32,000 nucleotides of DNA from Dickeya solani IPO 2222 (GTDB lineage: Bacteria; Pseudomonadota; Gammaproteobacteria; Enterobacterales; Enterobacteriaceae), in contig NZ_CP015137.1 in NCBI RefSeq assembly GCF_001644705.1, forward strand, positions 600,001 to 632,000, in the 5' to 3' direction. This document shows positions 1 through 9,040 of this stretch, one piece after another. Every line of letters begins with the position of its first letter. Within the stretch, counting starts at the first letter, position 1. The translations under genes were made by a program, and so were the position numbers. The notes beneath the pieces are model-generated. The model saw nothing but the letters and a program-made list of their open reading frames with translations, did not search any database and had not been told where the DNA came from.

Positions 1-541
1 GGGGCGTTATCTGCTGCTGTAAACGGCTACGACTGTCGAGTAGGCTACACATCACCCATTCTGAGCGCTGTAACGAAAGATGTAAGTTATACAAATAGGA
101 GCCGTCGGTATCGGTAAAACCTTCAATGACAATTTGTTTAAACCACTTTTGCCCTTCCTCGCTGTTTGCGGCCTCCAACACCAGCGGCACAACATCCTGT
201 AGCGCTTTCTGACCGTCAGCATTGAGGAAAAAGCGGTTGTGGTCGAAGCGGCCCGCTTCACCAAAGCTGATACGGTTATCACGGCAATCAACAACAATGG
301 TTTTATTGAGGTTGCGGGCGTGCAACTCTAAACGCTCACAAAGGCGGGTAATATCCTGCCCGCGTAATTTCTCACCCTGCTCTACACGCTGGATCCGCTG
401 CGTCACCGAGCTTAATGAAGCAACCATGACGACCAGAAACAACACCATCATGGCCATCATTAGATCCGCATAGGAAATCCAGAAGGGTTTCTCTGCTTCA
501 TCCGTGCGCCGGGTCTTAATACGAAATGTTTGACCGAACAT
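1..541 (-). CDS. zorB: ZorB-like MotB/OmpA-family stator subunit; first 180 codons present, 3' end runs off the left window edge
   Basis: Absent from the ORF track because no stop is reached. Hand translation from the ATG at 541-539 gives MFGQTFRIKTRRTDEAEKPFWISYADLMMAMMVLFLVVMVASL... It has a single N-terminal TM helix with the MotB/ExbD/TolR-type Asp (Asp26 in YADLMM), then an OmpA/MotB-like segment (IVIEGFTDTDGSYLYNLHLSLQRSEWV). It starts 13 nt after the upstream stop, behind a G-rich RBS. Confidence 0.7.
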   Translation of the reverse strand, partial: MFGQTFRIKTRRTDEAEKPFWISYADLMMAMMVLFLVVMVASLSSVTQRIQRVEQGEKLRGQDITRLCERLELHARNLNKTIVVDCRDNRISFGEAGRFDHNRFFLNADGQKALQDVVPLVLEAANSEEGQKWFKQIVIEGFTDTDGSYLYNLHLSLQRSEWVMCSLLDSRSRLQQQITP

Positions 542-554
542 AATTCAGCCCCCC

Positions 555-2744
555 TTATGCCGACACTTTAGAAAGCACTTCTTCAAGGGTTTCAATACTT
601 TCACCAAGCTCGTCAATACCGCTTCCCAGACGTTTAACGGCGCTGTCTAAATTGGCATCCAGCGCCCCTAACGTGGTATCCAGGCTTGTTTTCATGCCGT
701 CCGAGAACTGATTGAATCCATTAGCCAGCACCTGTCCTGCGTTTTCGAGGAACTCTTTCGCTTCGCGGTTGTAGTCATGCAACCCTTCATTGTGCTGTTT
801 CAGTTCTTTCAGGAATTGGCTACGTGCCTCCAGCTCAGACTGGGCATTGGCAATAATGCCTTCCAGCAGCGTGATTGATTTTGCGACCGCCTCACGGTTA
901 TTACGATAATCCGCCACCACCGAGCTAAGCTCCTGGCTGGCCTGGCTCAATGTATTTCCCGCGCCTTGCGCCTTAGTAAGAACATCAGCAGTAAGATGAT
1001 TAGCGTCTTTAACCTTGTCTCCCGCGGTTTCAAAACGCTCAGCAGCGAGGCGCATTTTATCGGCTCCGGTATTCATATCCTGCAAGTGAGCAGACGTCTG
1101 CTCTGCCAGTTTGCGCAGCGTACTTTCCGTAGCGCCCTGCTGTTCATTCAACGCATTAAGCAGCGAGCGGACTTGTTCGTCAAAACCGGCAATAATCTGC
1201 TGAGTTTCCTGATGAAGAGAGGTCTGAGTATCCTGCTGATGACTAGCCAGTTGCTGCTGCCCCTGTTCAAGCTGAGTAAACAATGAGCCCAGTTTTTCGC
1301 CTAACGCCTCAACGGACGCCGCCATTTGTTTCATGGTTTCACTTTGGCCTTGCTGGGACGTTTGCTGGATAGAGTCAATAAACGCTTTCATTTGCTCAGC
1401 CATCGCTTTTTCACGCACTTCACTGTCGGCAAATATTTTTTCCAGCTGCTGCGCCATCCGCTCACCCGCGCCTTCACCTTCGGCACCAATTTTGGCGACG
1501 GACGATTGCAAGCTGGCAAGCATATCGTTCATCCCAGCCTGCATCGCTACCTGTCCGGATTTCATCTCATTCAGTAGCTGTGACATCAGCTCAGCGCTGC
1601 CCTGCCGAGTGTCTTCACTGGCATTACGCATATCCTGTAACAAACCGGCAAAACCCGATTGCATAGCCTCAATCGCGCCAACAGATTGCCCCATCATCTG
1701 CTGCATATTTTCGAACTGCTTGCCAAAGGTATTGTCGAGTTTTGACATAAATGCCGTCAGGACATCCTGCAACATGTTCTGTACCTGACCCGACTGATCG
1801 CCACTGGCCGTCTGTACCGCACCCGCAATTTTATCTAACGGCGACTTCAGACTATTTTCGATGGCACCACTCACTTGCTCGGCAAATTGCTGACCAGTAT
1901 CCCGGTAGGTGGAAGATAAGGTGTGCGCTAGTTTTTCATTTTCAGCGACCTGACTTGCCACCAGGTTCTGCAGCATATCGCGGAGATCGGTCACCAGGCT
2001 GTCTTTAAGCTGCTTGGCCTGAGTGGCACTTTCATTGCTCGATTTCACCAGCTCGGCAAGATATTCTTCACCCACACCGGTTTCAAATAACTGATCAACA
2101 GCGGCGGTAAACTGTTCGAGATATTTATAGCACTTCGCTATCGACAGCTTTTCCAGCCACGTAACAAGAATAGACGCCGCGATGGCGGTAAACGACCCCA
2201 AAAAGGCATAAAGCACATCTCGCAGGAGCGCCGCCACGCTGCTGGTAACTTGCTCAGGCGTACTGGGGTCGAAATGATTTAAACCAATCATCAATCCGTA
2301 AAACGTACCGATAATCCCGACTCCTGTCAGGATCCCTGGCAGGTGCTTAAAAAACTCGGTATTAAGCGGAATATCAATCAATTGCTGTTCAGTGAAAAAT
2401 GCCGCTGCGGGGGCCGTTGCCCGCACATCTTTTAATTTCAATTCACCGTCGACAAGCGTTTTTTGTTGATGGAGTGACTCTGCAAACTCACGCCAGGAGT
2501 GCGCAAGCGGCGTCCCGGTAAATAACTCGCTAAGCTTTTGCAGCTTTACTACCGTTGTCTCATTCTTCCAGCCTGAAATGATTACTGACTGCTTCTTCAG
2601 TTTATTGATAATCTTAATTGCCCGATAAACGTACAAAGCAGCAAAAAATACCAGCGCGACAGCAACGACAATAATAACGACCAGCGGAACCTTTTCAGGT
2701 TGTACGGAGGTCAATATAGTTAAAAACGAGTTAAGCCATTCCAT
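555..2744 (-). CDS. zorA: ZorA-like MotA/ExbB/TolQ-family proton-channel protein with a very long C-terminal helical tail (729 aa)
   Basis: The ORF has an N-terminal TM (VPLVVIIVVAVALVFFAALYVY) and a MotA/ExbB signature (LPGILTGVGIIGTFYGLMIGL) followed by a further TM (LGSFTAIAASILVTWL). After that come ~520 aa of Q/A/E/L/S-rich sequence typical of an extended coiled coil. It is directly followed by a MotB-like gene. There is no flagellar, Tol or Ton context. Confidence 0.7.
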   Translation of the reverse strand: MEWLNSFLTILTSVQPEKVPLVVIIVVAVALVFFAALYVYRAIKIINKLKKQSVIISGWKNETTVVKLQKLSELFTGTPLAHSWREFAESLHQQKTLVDGELKLKDVRATAPAAAFFTEQQLIDIPLNTEFFKHLPGILTGVGIIGTFYGLMIGLNHFDPSTPEQVTSSVAALLRDVLYAFLGSFTAIAASILVTWLEKLSIAKCYKYLEQFTAAVDQLFETGVGEEYLAELVKSSNESATQAKQLKDSLVTDLRDMLQNLVASQVAENEKLAHTLSSTYRDTGQQFAEQVSGAIENSLKSPLDKIAGAVQTASGDQSGQVQNMLQDVLTAFMSKLDNTFGKQFENMQQMMGQSVGAIEAMQSGFAGLLQDMRNASEDTRQGSAELMSQLLNEMKSGQVAMQAGMNDMLASLQSSVAKIGAEGEGAGERMAQQLEKIFADSEVREKAMAEQMKAFIDSIQQTSQQGQSETMKQMAASVEALGEKLGSLFTQLEQGQQQLASHQQDTQTSLHQETQQIIAGFDEQVRSLLNALNEQQGATESTLRKLAEQTSAHLQDMNTGADKMRLAAERFETAGDKVKDANHLTADVLTKAQGAGNTLSQASQELSSVVADYRNNREAVAKSITLLEGIIANAQSELEARSQFLKELKQHNEGLHDYNREAKEFLENAGQVLANGFNQFSDGMKTSLDTTLGALDANLDSAVKRLGSGIDELGESIETLEEVLSKVSA

Positions 2745-3638
2745 TTTTCATCCCGAGTCAACAACAGATTATTTTTCTGATAATTACCCACCGGCACTCA
2801 TAAAAAAGCGTTATGGTGAAACAGTAAATTGATATGCAGTTTTCAAATTCCGGAGAAGAGGTGACGCCAGCAAAATAGAGTGAACATCAATAATCCCTTA
2901 ACCCACAGCGCCAGTTCTTCTTCCTCTTCAAGCAATCAGATTCTTCGCAAATCATAACCTGCTGCACAAGGATAACAAGTAGAAAATGGTCAACCAGTCC
3001 TTCTAAAACATATGGTGTACATTCCCACCCGAACAATAACACAATTAATTATCCAGCTAATTATAAAGCAACATAACCATCATTTGAAAATAGCTTCTTA
3101 TTTCTATAAATTCCGTTAAGAAAGAATAAAAAACAGGAATGACATTTCATGACGAATCTGCTGCATATGACTAAAATCACTCTACCTCTACAAGTTCATC
3201 CCCGCCAGCAAGCCGGTCTATATGCCATTTTTTAGGTTCAAGGAAAGAAGGTGACGACGTTTAATGAAAGAGTCAGATTTTCAAGATCTATTTCGCCGCC
3301 ATTATTTACTTTTAATTCACGCAAAATGGGCACGGTATTTTGATGGGACACAAAACCGACCTTGCTGGCGAAGACCGAGTCTAACGCGATGTTGATCACT
3401 TCTCCTGTATATCTGTGTGGTGATAACTACCCAATAGCAGATCCCATCCGCATCACTTTCTACTAACCTAAAAAAATAAAAATTTCTGGCCAGGAAAATC
3501 CGTCAAACAAAAAACAGCCACACATCAGATAAATCTTATAAATTCATCTAATTGTAATAATCTTTAGAAAATTTTCACTTATTTTTCAGCTAGTTTCACT
3601 GTAATAACACCATGAATTGGCCTACCTGAACTGAGAGA

Positions 3639-4512
3639 CTACGCTCTAAACACATGCCCCCGATGCCATTCCACAAACTGCTCTAACGGGTAATACTCGC
3701 GTTTTTTGGGCATAAAAAGCGGTTTTCCTTCAAAATCCCAGAAGAGTCGTTCGACAATCTTGCTGCCGTTAACGCCATCAGAAACCATCAATTTCATTTC
3801 GTCAGTAATACCGATAACACCGATATCAAATGCACAGTGGTGTACCGAGCATAAGGCCAGTCCATTAGTTACGGTACAGGGGCCGCCGTATTGCTTCCAT
3901 TTGATGTGCGCGGCTTCCAGGCCGACAGGTGTCGTATCGTAGCGTAAATCATAGCCGCATACCGCACAGCGGTATTGATACGCACGTAACACTGTCTGAC
4001 GAAAATGGGGATCGCGGGATTATCTGACATCCTCTATCGACAGTTCCAGGCGACTGGCAATCACTGCCTGCACACTCTCAGGAAAATGTTCACTCAAAAT
4101 CTGCTGGGCCAGTTTCTCAATGAGCCGTGGCTGTTTTTTTAACAGTTGATAGCTGACTTCATCAAAACCACCCATGACATCATGTTGAATAAGCTCACGG
4201 TTAGGCGGCTCTTTACTGCCTTTCTGCGGTGAGCAACGATCATCATTCTGTAATTCCCAGAAACCATCGCCTCGCAGCCGCCAAAATGGCATCTCCGGGT
4301 AATGAGTCCGCCGCTGTGGCCCAAAGCTGTTCAGCAGTGTCAAAAGGTTAGGGCGAATTTCATTGCCGTAATGAAACAGGCGCGGATGCCCTTGCTGATA
4401 GGCTGATAACACATAAAGCAGCAACAGCGGCTTTATGTGACGCACGCTGGTCGCCTTTACGCCACATAGACATGTTAGTAATTGCTGTTTGAAGGGCTTG
4501 AACGGATGGCAT
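3639..4512 (-). pseudogene. Decayed SBD-HNH (McrA-like, phosphorothioate-DNA-dependent type IV) restriction endonuclease gene
   Basis: Three minus-strand ORF pieces join into one ~290-codon frame. (1) MPSVQALQTAITNMSMWRKGDQRASHK starts at the ATG 4512-4510. (2) It then shifts frame at the A-run at 4432-4434 into KPLLLLYVLSAYQQG...MPFWRLRGDGFWELQ...IEDVR. (3) An in-frame TAA at 4020-4022 follows, and the same frame continues as SRDPHFRQTVLRAYQYRCAVCG...LEAAHIKW...NGLALCSVHHCAFD (HNH_2-type motif). Confidence 0.6.
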
Positions 4513-4568
4513 ATCTACATGATGGCAGGGAATATTTATTGCGATTTTGCTCGCAAAATCAGTGGTGC

Positions 4569-5038
<470 letters not shown>

Positions 5039-5142
5039 TTAACCATGAATTGGAGAACGCGCTATCTTGACCCATGACAAGGCGGCCCGAGCGTTAGCCT
5101 CTTTATAATCAGGCCTGTTTGTCTTCTCACTGGTGTGAAAGT

Positions 5143-6264
5143 ATGGCTTATCAACTTAACCTTAACTGGCCCGAATTTTTAGAAAAATACTGGCAAAAAC
5201 AACCCGTTGTATTAAAGAATGCCTTCCCGAACTTCGTCGATCCCATTACGCCGGATGAACTGGCGGGGCTGGCGATGGAGCCGGAGGTGGACAGCCGCAT
5301 CGTCAGCCATGCGAATGGTCAGTGGCAGGCGTGGAACGGGCCGTTTGAGCAGTTTGATCATTTAGGGGAAACCGACTGGTCCCTGTTAGCCCAGGCGGTT
5401 AATCACTGGCATGCCCCGTCTGCCGAGCTGGTGCGTCCGTTTCGCGTGCTGCCGGACTGGCGTTTAGACGATCTGATGATCTCCTTTTCCGTTCCGGGCG
5501 GCGGCGTCGGGCCGCATATCGACCAGTACGATGTGTTTATCATTCAGGGGATGGGCCGCCGCCGCTGGCGCGTTGGCGATAAGCTGCCGATGCGCCAGTT
5601 CTGCCCACATCCGGCGCTGCTGCACGTTGATCCTTTCACGCCGATCATTGATGAAGAGCTTGAGCCGGGCGACATTTTATATATTCCGCCGGGCTTCCCG
5701 CACGACGGCCTCACCTTCGAAACCGCGTTCAACTACTCGGTGGGCTTTCGCGGGCCAAACGGCAGGGATTTAATCAGCAGCTTTGCCGACTATGCGCTGG
5801 AGAACGATCTCGGCGGCGAGCACTACAGCGACCCTGACTTAACCTGCCGGGAACATCCGGGCCGGGTGGAAGGGTATGAACTCGACCGTCTGCGCGCGAT
5901 GATGATCGACATGCTCAATCAGCCGGAAGATTTTAAACAGTGGTTCGGTCGCTTCGTGACAACGCCACGCCACGAGCTGGATATCGCCCCCGCAGAACCG
6001 CCCTACCAGCAGGATGAGATTGCCGACGCCCTGATGTCCGGTGAAGTCTTGATTCGTTTAAGCGGGTTGCGGGTGCTGCATGTGGGCGATAGCGTCTTCA
6101 TCAACAGCGAAAGGCTGGAAACCGTCGCCCCGGAAGCCGCCGATGCACTGTGCCGTTACACCACTCTCGGCAAAAAAGAATTCGGCGAGGCGCTGCATAA
6201 CCCGGCGTTCATTGCAGAGTTAACCGAGCTGGTTAATCAGGGCTACTGGTTCTTCGACGAATAG
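5143..6264 (+). CDS. roxA: Ribosomal protein uL16 Arg-hydroxylase, JmjC/cupin oxygenase (YcfD/RoxA)
   Basis: MAYQLNLNWPEFLEKYWQKQPVVLKNAF...SFSVPGGGVGPHIDQYDVFIIQG.GRRRWRVG...EPGDILYIPPGFPH aligns almost end to end with remembered E. coli YcfD. I prefer the ATG at 5143 over the TTG at 5119 used by the ORF track. Confidence 0.9.
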   Translation: MAYQLNLNWPEFLEKYWQKQPVVLKNAFPNFVDPITPDELAGLAMEPEVDSRIVSHANGQWQAWNGPFEQFDHLGETDWSLLAQAVNHWHAPSAELVRPFRVLPDWRLDDLMISFSVPGGGVGPHIDQYDVFIIQGMGRRRWRVGDKLPMRQFCPHPALLHVDPFTPIIDEELEPGDILYIPPGFPHDGLTFETAFNYSVGFRGPNGRDLISSFADYALENDLGGEHYSDPDLTCREHPGRVEGYELDRLRAMMIDMLNQPEDFKQWFGRFVTTPRHELDIAPAEPPYQQDEIADALMSGEVLIRLSGLRVLHVGDSVFINSERLETVAPEAADALCRYTTLGKKEFGEALHNPAFIAELTELVNQGYWFFDE

Positions 6265-6350
6265 TTCTTCTACGAATGGTTCGTCGATAAAAAGCGTGCC
6301 ATAAAAAGTGGGATGGAAAGAGCGGCGGTAATATACCCGGTCTGCTAGCC

Positions 6351-6377
6351 TAAAGTTTGAACAGAAAAGACCGATAC
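6351..6377 (+). promoter_or_regulatory. Candidate sigma-28 (FliA) class-3 flagellar promoter
   Basis: TAAAGTTT-N11-ACCGATAC compared with the consensus TAAAGTTT-N11-GCCGATAA. The -35 element is perfect, the spacer is exact, and the -10 matches 6 of 8. It lies ~140 nt upstream of the YjfB-family ORF. Confidence 0.55.
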
Positions 6378-6514
6378 CGAAAAGAAGCTGGCACAACATG
6401 CTGCCAGCGCATCGGTGTACTGATGAACATCATATTGATGGACGTCGTCCCGGTGGGCAGGAGAATATCCCTGCCGTATCGGTACTCCCCAGACCCAGAC
6501 ATAGGATAATCAAG

Positions 6515-6703
6515 ATGGATGTTTCACAGATCGCATCACTTTCCACTGGTCTTAGCAACATGCAACTCAGCAGCGAGATCAGTACCACTGTTCTAAAGAA
6601 ATCGTTAGACAATCAGAAAGATACGGTAAACAGTCTCATTCAGTCGATCCCGCAATTGCCCGCCAATCCGGCAATCGGCCGTAACATCAACACCACGGCA
6701 TAA
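6515..6703 (+). CDS. YjfB-family small putative motility protein (62 aa)
   Basis: MDVSQIASLSTGLSNMQLSSEISTTVLKKSLDNQKDTVNSLIQSIPQLPANPAIGRNINTTA matches the YjfB_motility pattern (MDVS.IAS.ST...Q.....S..VLKK..D....). The internal ATG at 6515 has an AGGA RBS. The 5' extension in the ORF track is probably untranslated. Confidence 0.7.
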   Translation: MDVSQIASLSTGLSNMQLSSEISTTVLKKSLDNQKDTVNSLIQSIPQLPANPAIGRNINTTA

Positions 6704-6730
6704 TCGCTTCCATAACGGTTTTGCAAACAA

Positions 6731-6765
6731 ATAGCAGCTACTCAACTAGCTGCTATTCATTTATT
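6731..6765 (+). terminator. Rho-independent terminator after the yjfB-like gene
   Basis: A 10-bp perfect stem (ATAGCAGCTA 6731-6740 pairing with TAGCTGCTAT 6747-6756) with a 6-nt loop, followed by the T-rich tract TCATTTATTT. Confidence 0.6.
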
Positions 6766-7027
6766 TGCCCCAACCCATCGTAATACTGAGGATATAATCC
6801 CTTGAGGTCTTATCTTCTCCGGTAAAACCCTTCCCCTATTGACCTCGTTATACAGTCAGTTGCCGGTGCATTGGCGGTGTTACCCGGCTCATTTCCCTGG
6901 CCGCTGCAAATCGGTTTATGCTGGCTTATCATTCACACCGCTCACTGACTTATGTCCGCTTTTGGGGATTCACCCGATTGCCGCCCTTCACGTTTAACGC
7001 ATTTTTTGGAATATCACGCCTGTATGT

Positions 7028-8143
7028 TCAAAGGCCAACAGCCTTACGAGACAGGCCGACCAGCATGTCGCGCGATTTGATCTTGCGGGCGAGAAATGGC
7101 GCCCGGAATTGACCGAATGGCAGCGAGGTCAGGCCGTCATTCCGACCCAGCGTGACGATCATGATTTTGCCCATACCTTTGCCGGGGTTCGCCGGTTTAT
7201 AAGGCTTCAGCCTGATCTGGGATGACGGTTTCGCCGCGATTAATGCCCTGATATTCGTAACAATCGACTTGGCATGCAACCCAGCGACAATCGCCAGCCG
7301 GTTTTCAGGCAAGTGAGTGATATCACCGGCAGCAAACACCGTTTCATGCCCTTTCACTCGGAGATAGTGGTCAACGGTGATCAGACCATCGTGCTGTACC
7401 GCGTCAGGCCATGACCTGGCGACAAAATCAGTCACCGGCTTCGCTCCCGCCGCCCAGATTACAGCATCGGCGGCGAGCACCAGCCCCGACTGGGTGATGA
7501 CCTTACCGTCCTGAGGCTGTTCTCCCGGCGCAGGCGACACGACGCGATCATCGAGTGCAAATTTAACCCCCTTGGCGCGCAGATCTTTTTCCGCCCAGCG
7601 AGGAAATTTATCCGGCGCATTGTTCAGTATGGATTTGCCACTGTGGACCAGAGCGATCGCCAAACCGGGGAACGCCTCGCACAACTCTGCGGCGATCTCA
7701 ATACCGACCGGCCCTCCGCCCGCCACCACAACGGCGCTGGCTTCGCGGAGGCGTTTGTTCATCGACTTGATTTCGGCGGCGCGGCCTACGCCCAACGGCG
7801 CCTGTGCTTTGATGAGCGGGTCGATATACGCTGACCCTGTTGCGATCACCGCATAATCGAATGGCACCGTGTCTTCGCGGCCATCCGCCAGCGCCACACG
7901 CGCACTATGGTCAGTCAGCATCACCACTTTCCCTTGTATGTGTTGCGCCATGCCAAGGAAGCTGTCATAGGGAATGCGTGCAGCCAACCCGTCAGGATCA
8001 ACCAACAGGCGCGGAACCGCCATCGGCACTTCCCAATACGTTTTTGGATCAACGAGGGTCACGTTCGCCGCATCACGCAACTGATAGGCGATTTGATGCC
8101 CCGCCGCCCCGCCACCAATAACAAGGACTGATTTCTTTTGCAT
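7028..8143 (-). CDS. FAD-dependent pyridine nucleotide-disulfide oxidoreductase (NDH-2/AIF-like)
   Basis: N-terminal Rossmann motif VLVIGGGAAGHQIA, a second dinucleotide motif VVVAGGGPVGIEIAAEL, and a C-terminal AAGDIT motif. An AAGGAAG RBS is present. Confidence 0.8.
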   Translation of the reverse strand: MQKKSVLVIGGGAAGHQIAYQLRDAANVTLVDPKTYWEVPMAVPRLLVDPDGLAARIPYDSFLGMAQHIQGKVVMLTDHSARVALADGREDTVPFDYAVIATGSAYIDPLIKAQAPLGVGRAAEIKSMNKRLREASAVVVAGGGPVGIEIAAELCEAFPGLAIALVHSGKSILNNAPDKFPRWAEKDLRAKGVKFALDDRVVSPAPGEQPQDGKVITQSGLVLAADAVIWAAGAKPVTDFVARSWPDAVQHDGLITVDHYLRVKGHETVFAAGDITHLPENRLAIVAGLHAKSIVTNIRALIAAKPSSQIRLKPYKPANPGKGMGKIMIVTLGRNDGLTSLPFGQFRAPFLARKIKSRDMLVGLSRKAVGL

Positions 8144-8167
8144 ACCGGCACTTCCTTTCGAATTACG

Positions 8168-9028
8168 TTATGACCGCAACGCGGTGCGGCGGTTAAGCGC
8201 GGCGAACGCCGGGCTGTGTTGTAGTTGGTCAATCGTACGTTCACCTTCGACGAGCGCATCGATACTGGTGTGGACTGAATAGGCGCCCGTCACGAGCGGG
8301 TACGGATGTTTAGCCGATGAACCGATGACCAGTTCGACATCACCCTCGGCGGTCATTTCGATTGCCTCATTCCCTTGTGCGAACACCGCCAGCTCACGCT
8401 CAAGCACCGCCTCACCGACGCGCAGCTTGCCGCTATTCAGCGCCAGCCACGCCGTATCGTGATCGGCACCGGGTTGGTAGATCCAGCGCTCGCCGTCGGT
8501 CAGACGAACATGAAGATAGGTGATGGACACGGGCAACTGAATCGGGCTGGTTGCGCTGCCGTAGCGTCCAAGCAGGATACGCGCCGGCCCGTCGCGCTCG
8601 ATCCGTTCCGGTTCCAGATACAGACTCTGCGCAGGAGCAAGCTCAAGCGATGGCGGAAGCGCGATCCAGAGCTGATACCCGCGCATCATGTGGTCAGGCG
8701 CGGGCTCGCCGGCGTGCCATACCCCGCTTCCGGCGCGCATCCACTCGACCGATCCCGCAGACATCGCGCCCTGCTTTCCGGTGGTATCGCCATAGGTCAT
8801 GCTGCCTTCCAGGAAGGTAGTGAGCGTCGCAATACCCGAATGAGGATGAGGTCTGAAACCCGTACCGGTTGACGGTATGGACTCGAACAGATCCAGGAAA
8901 ACGAACGGTTTGACCCGTTGCCCCAGATCGCCAGGCGTCATCAGCCGGGTGAGTGGACCAAGACGTTGACCCGACGTACGGTGAACGATGGCGCGCGTTG
9001 CCGCAGAAAAAGCCAGAGGGTGTGCCAT
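8168..9028 (-). CDS. Pirin-family bicupin protein
   Basis: Contains the FRPHPHSGIATLTTFLEG cupin metal motif and a WIALP motif. I prefer the ATG at 9028 (MAHPLAF...) with an AAAGG RBS, because the longer ORF-track start translates through the tandem repeat. Confidence 0.8.
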   Translation of the reverse strand: MAHPLAFSAATRAIVHRTSGQRLGPLTRLMTPGDLGQRVKPFVFLDLFESIPSTGTGFRPHPHSGIATLTTFLEGSMTYGDTTGKQGAMSAGSVEWMRAGSGVWHAGEPAPDHMMRGYQLWIALPPSLELAPAQSLYLEPERIERDGPARILLGRYGSATSPIQLPVSITYLHVRLTDGERWIYQPGADHDTAWLALNSGKLRVGEAVLERELAVFAQGNEAIEMTAEGDVELVIGSSAKHPYPLVTGAYSVHTSIDALVEGERTIDQLQHSPAFAALNRRTALRS

Positions 9029-9040
9029 AAGCGGTACCTT

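Noticed and set aside
52-473. ORF-track entries 52..297 (-) and 222..473 (+)
   Set aside because: Both lie inside the open zorB-like frame (541 to 1, minus strand), which has clear MotB/OmpA signatures. Their translations are low-complexity and featureless.
3639-4512. Possibility that the HNH gene is the ZorE effector of a type II Zorya
   Set aside because: It lies upstream of zorA, separated from it by ~0.9 kb of non-coding DNA, whereas zorE follows zorB. Its N-terminal part looks like a sulfur-binding-domain (McrA-like) module, and it is a pseudogene. I treat it as an independent decayed type IV nuclease, though this cannot be fully excluded without profile searches.
5119-5142. N-terminal extensions proposed by the ORF track (for example 5119 roxA, 6398 yjfB-like, 9097 pirin, 9845 LysR, 16473 GDH, 23998 EIIB, 28478 ganG, 31045 ganE)
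   Set aside because: In each case an internal start has a proper Shine-Dalgarno sequence and matches the homologue N-terminus or signal peptide. The extension either overlaps the upstream gene or translates intergenic or repeat DNA.
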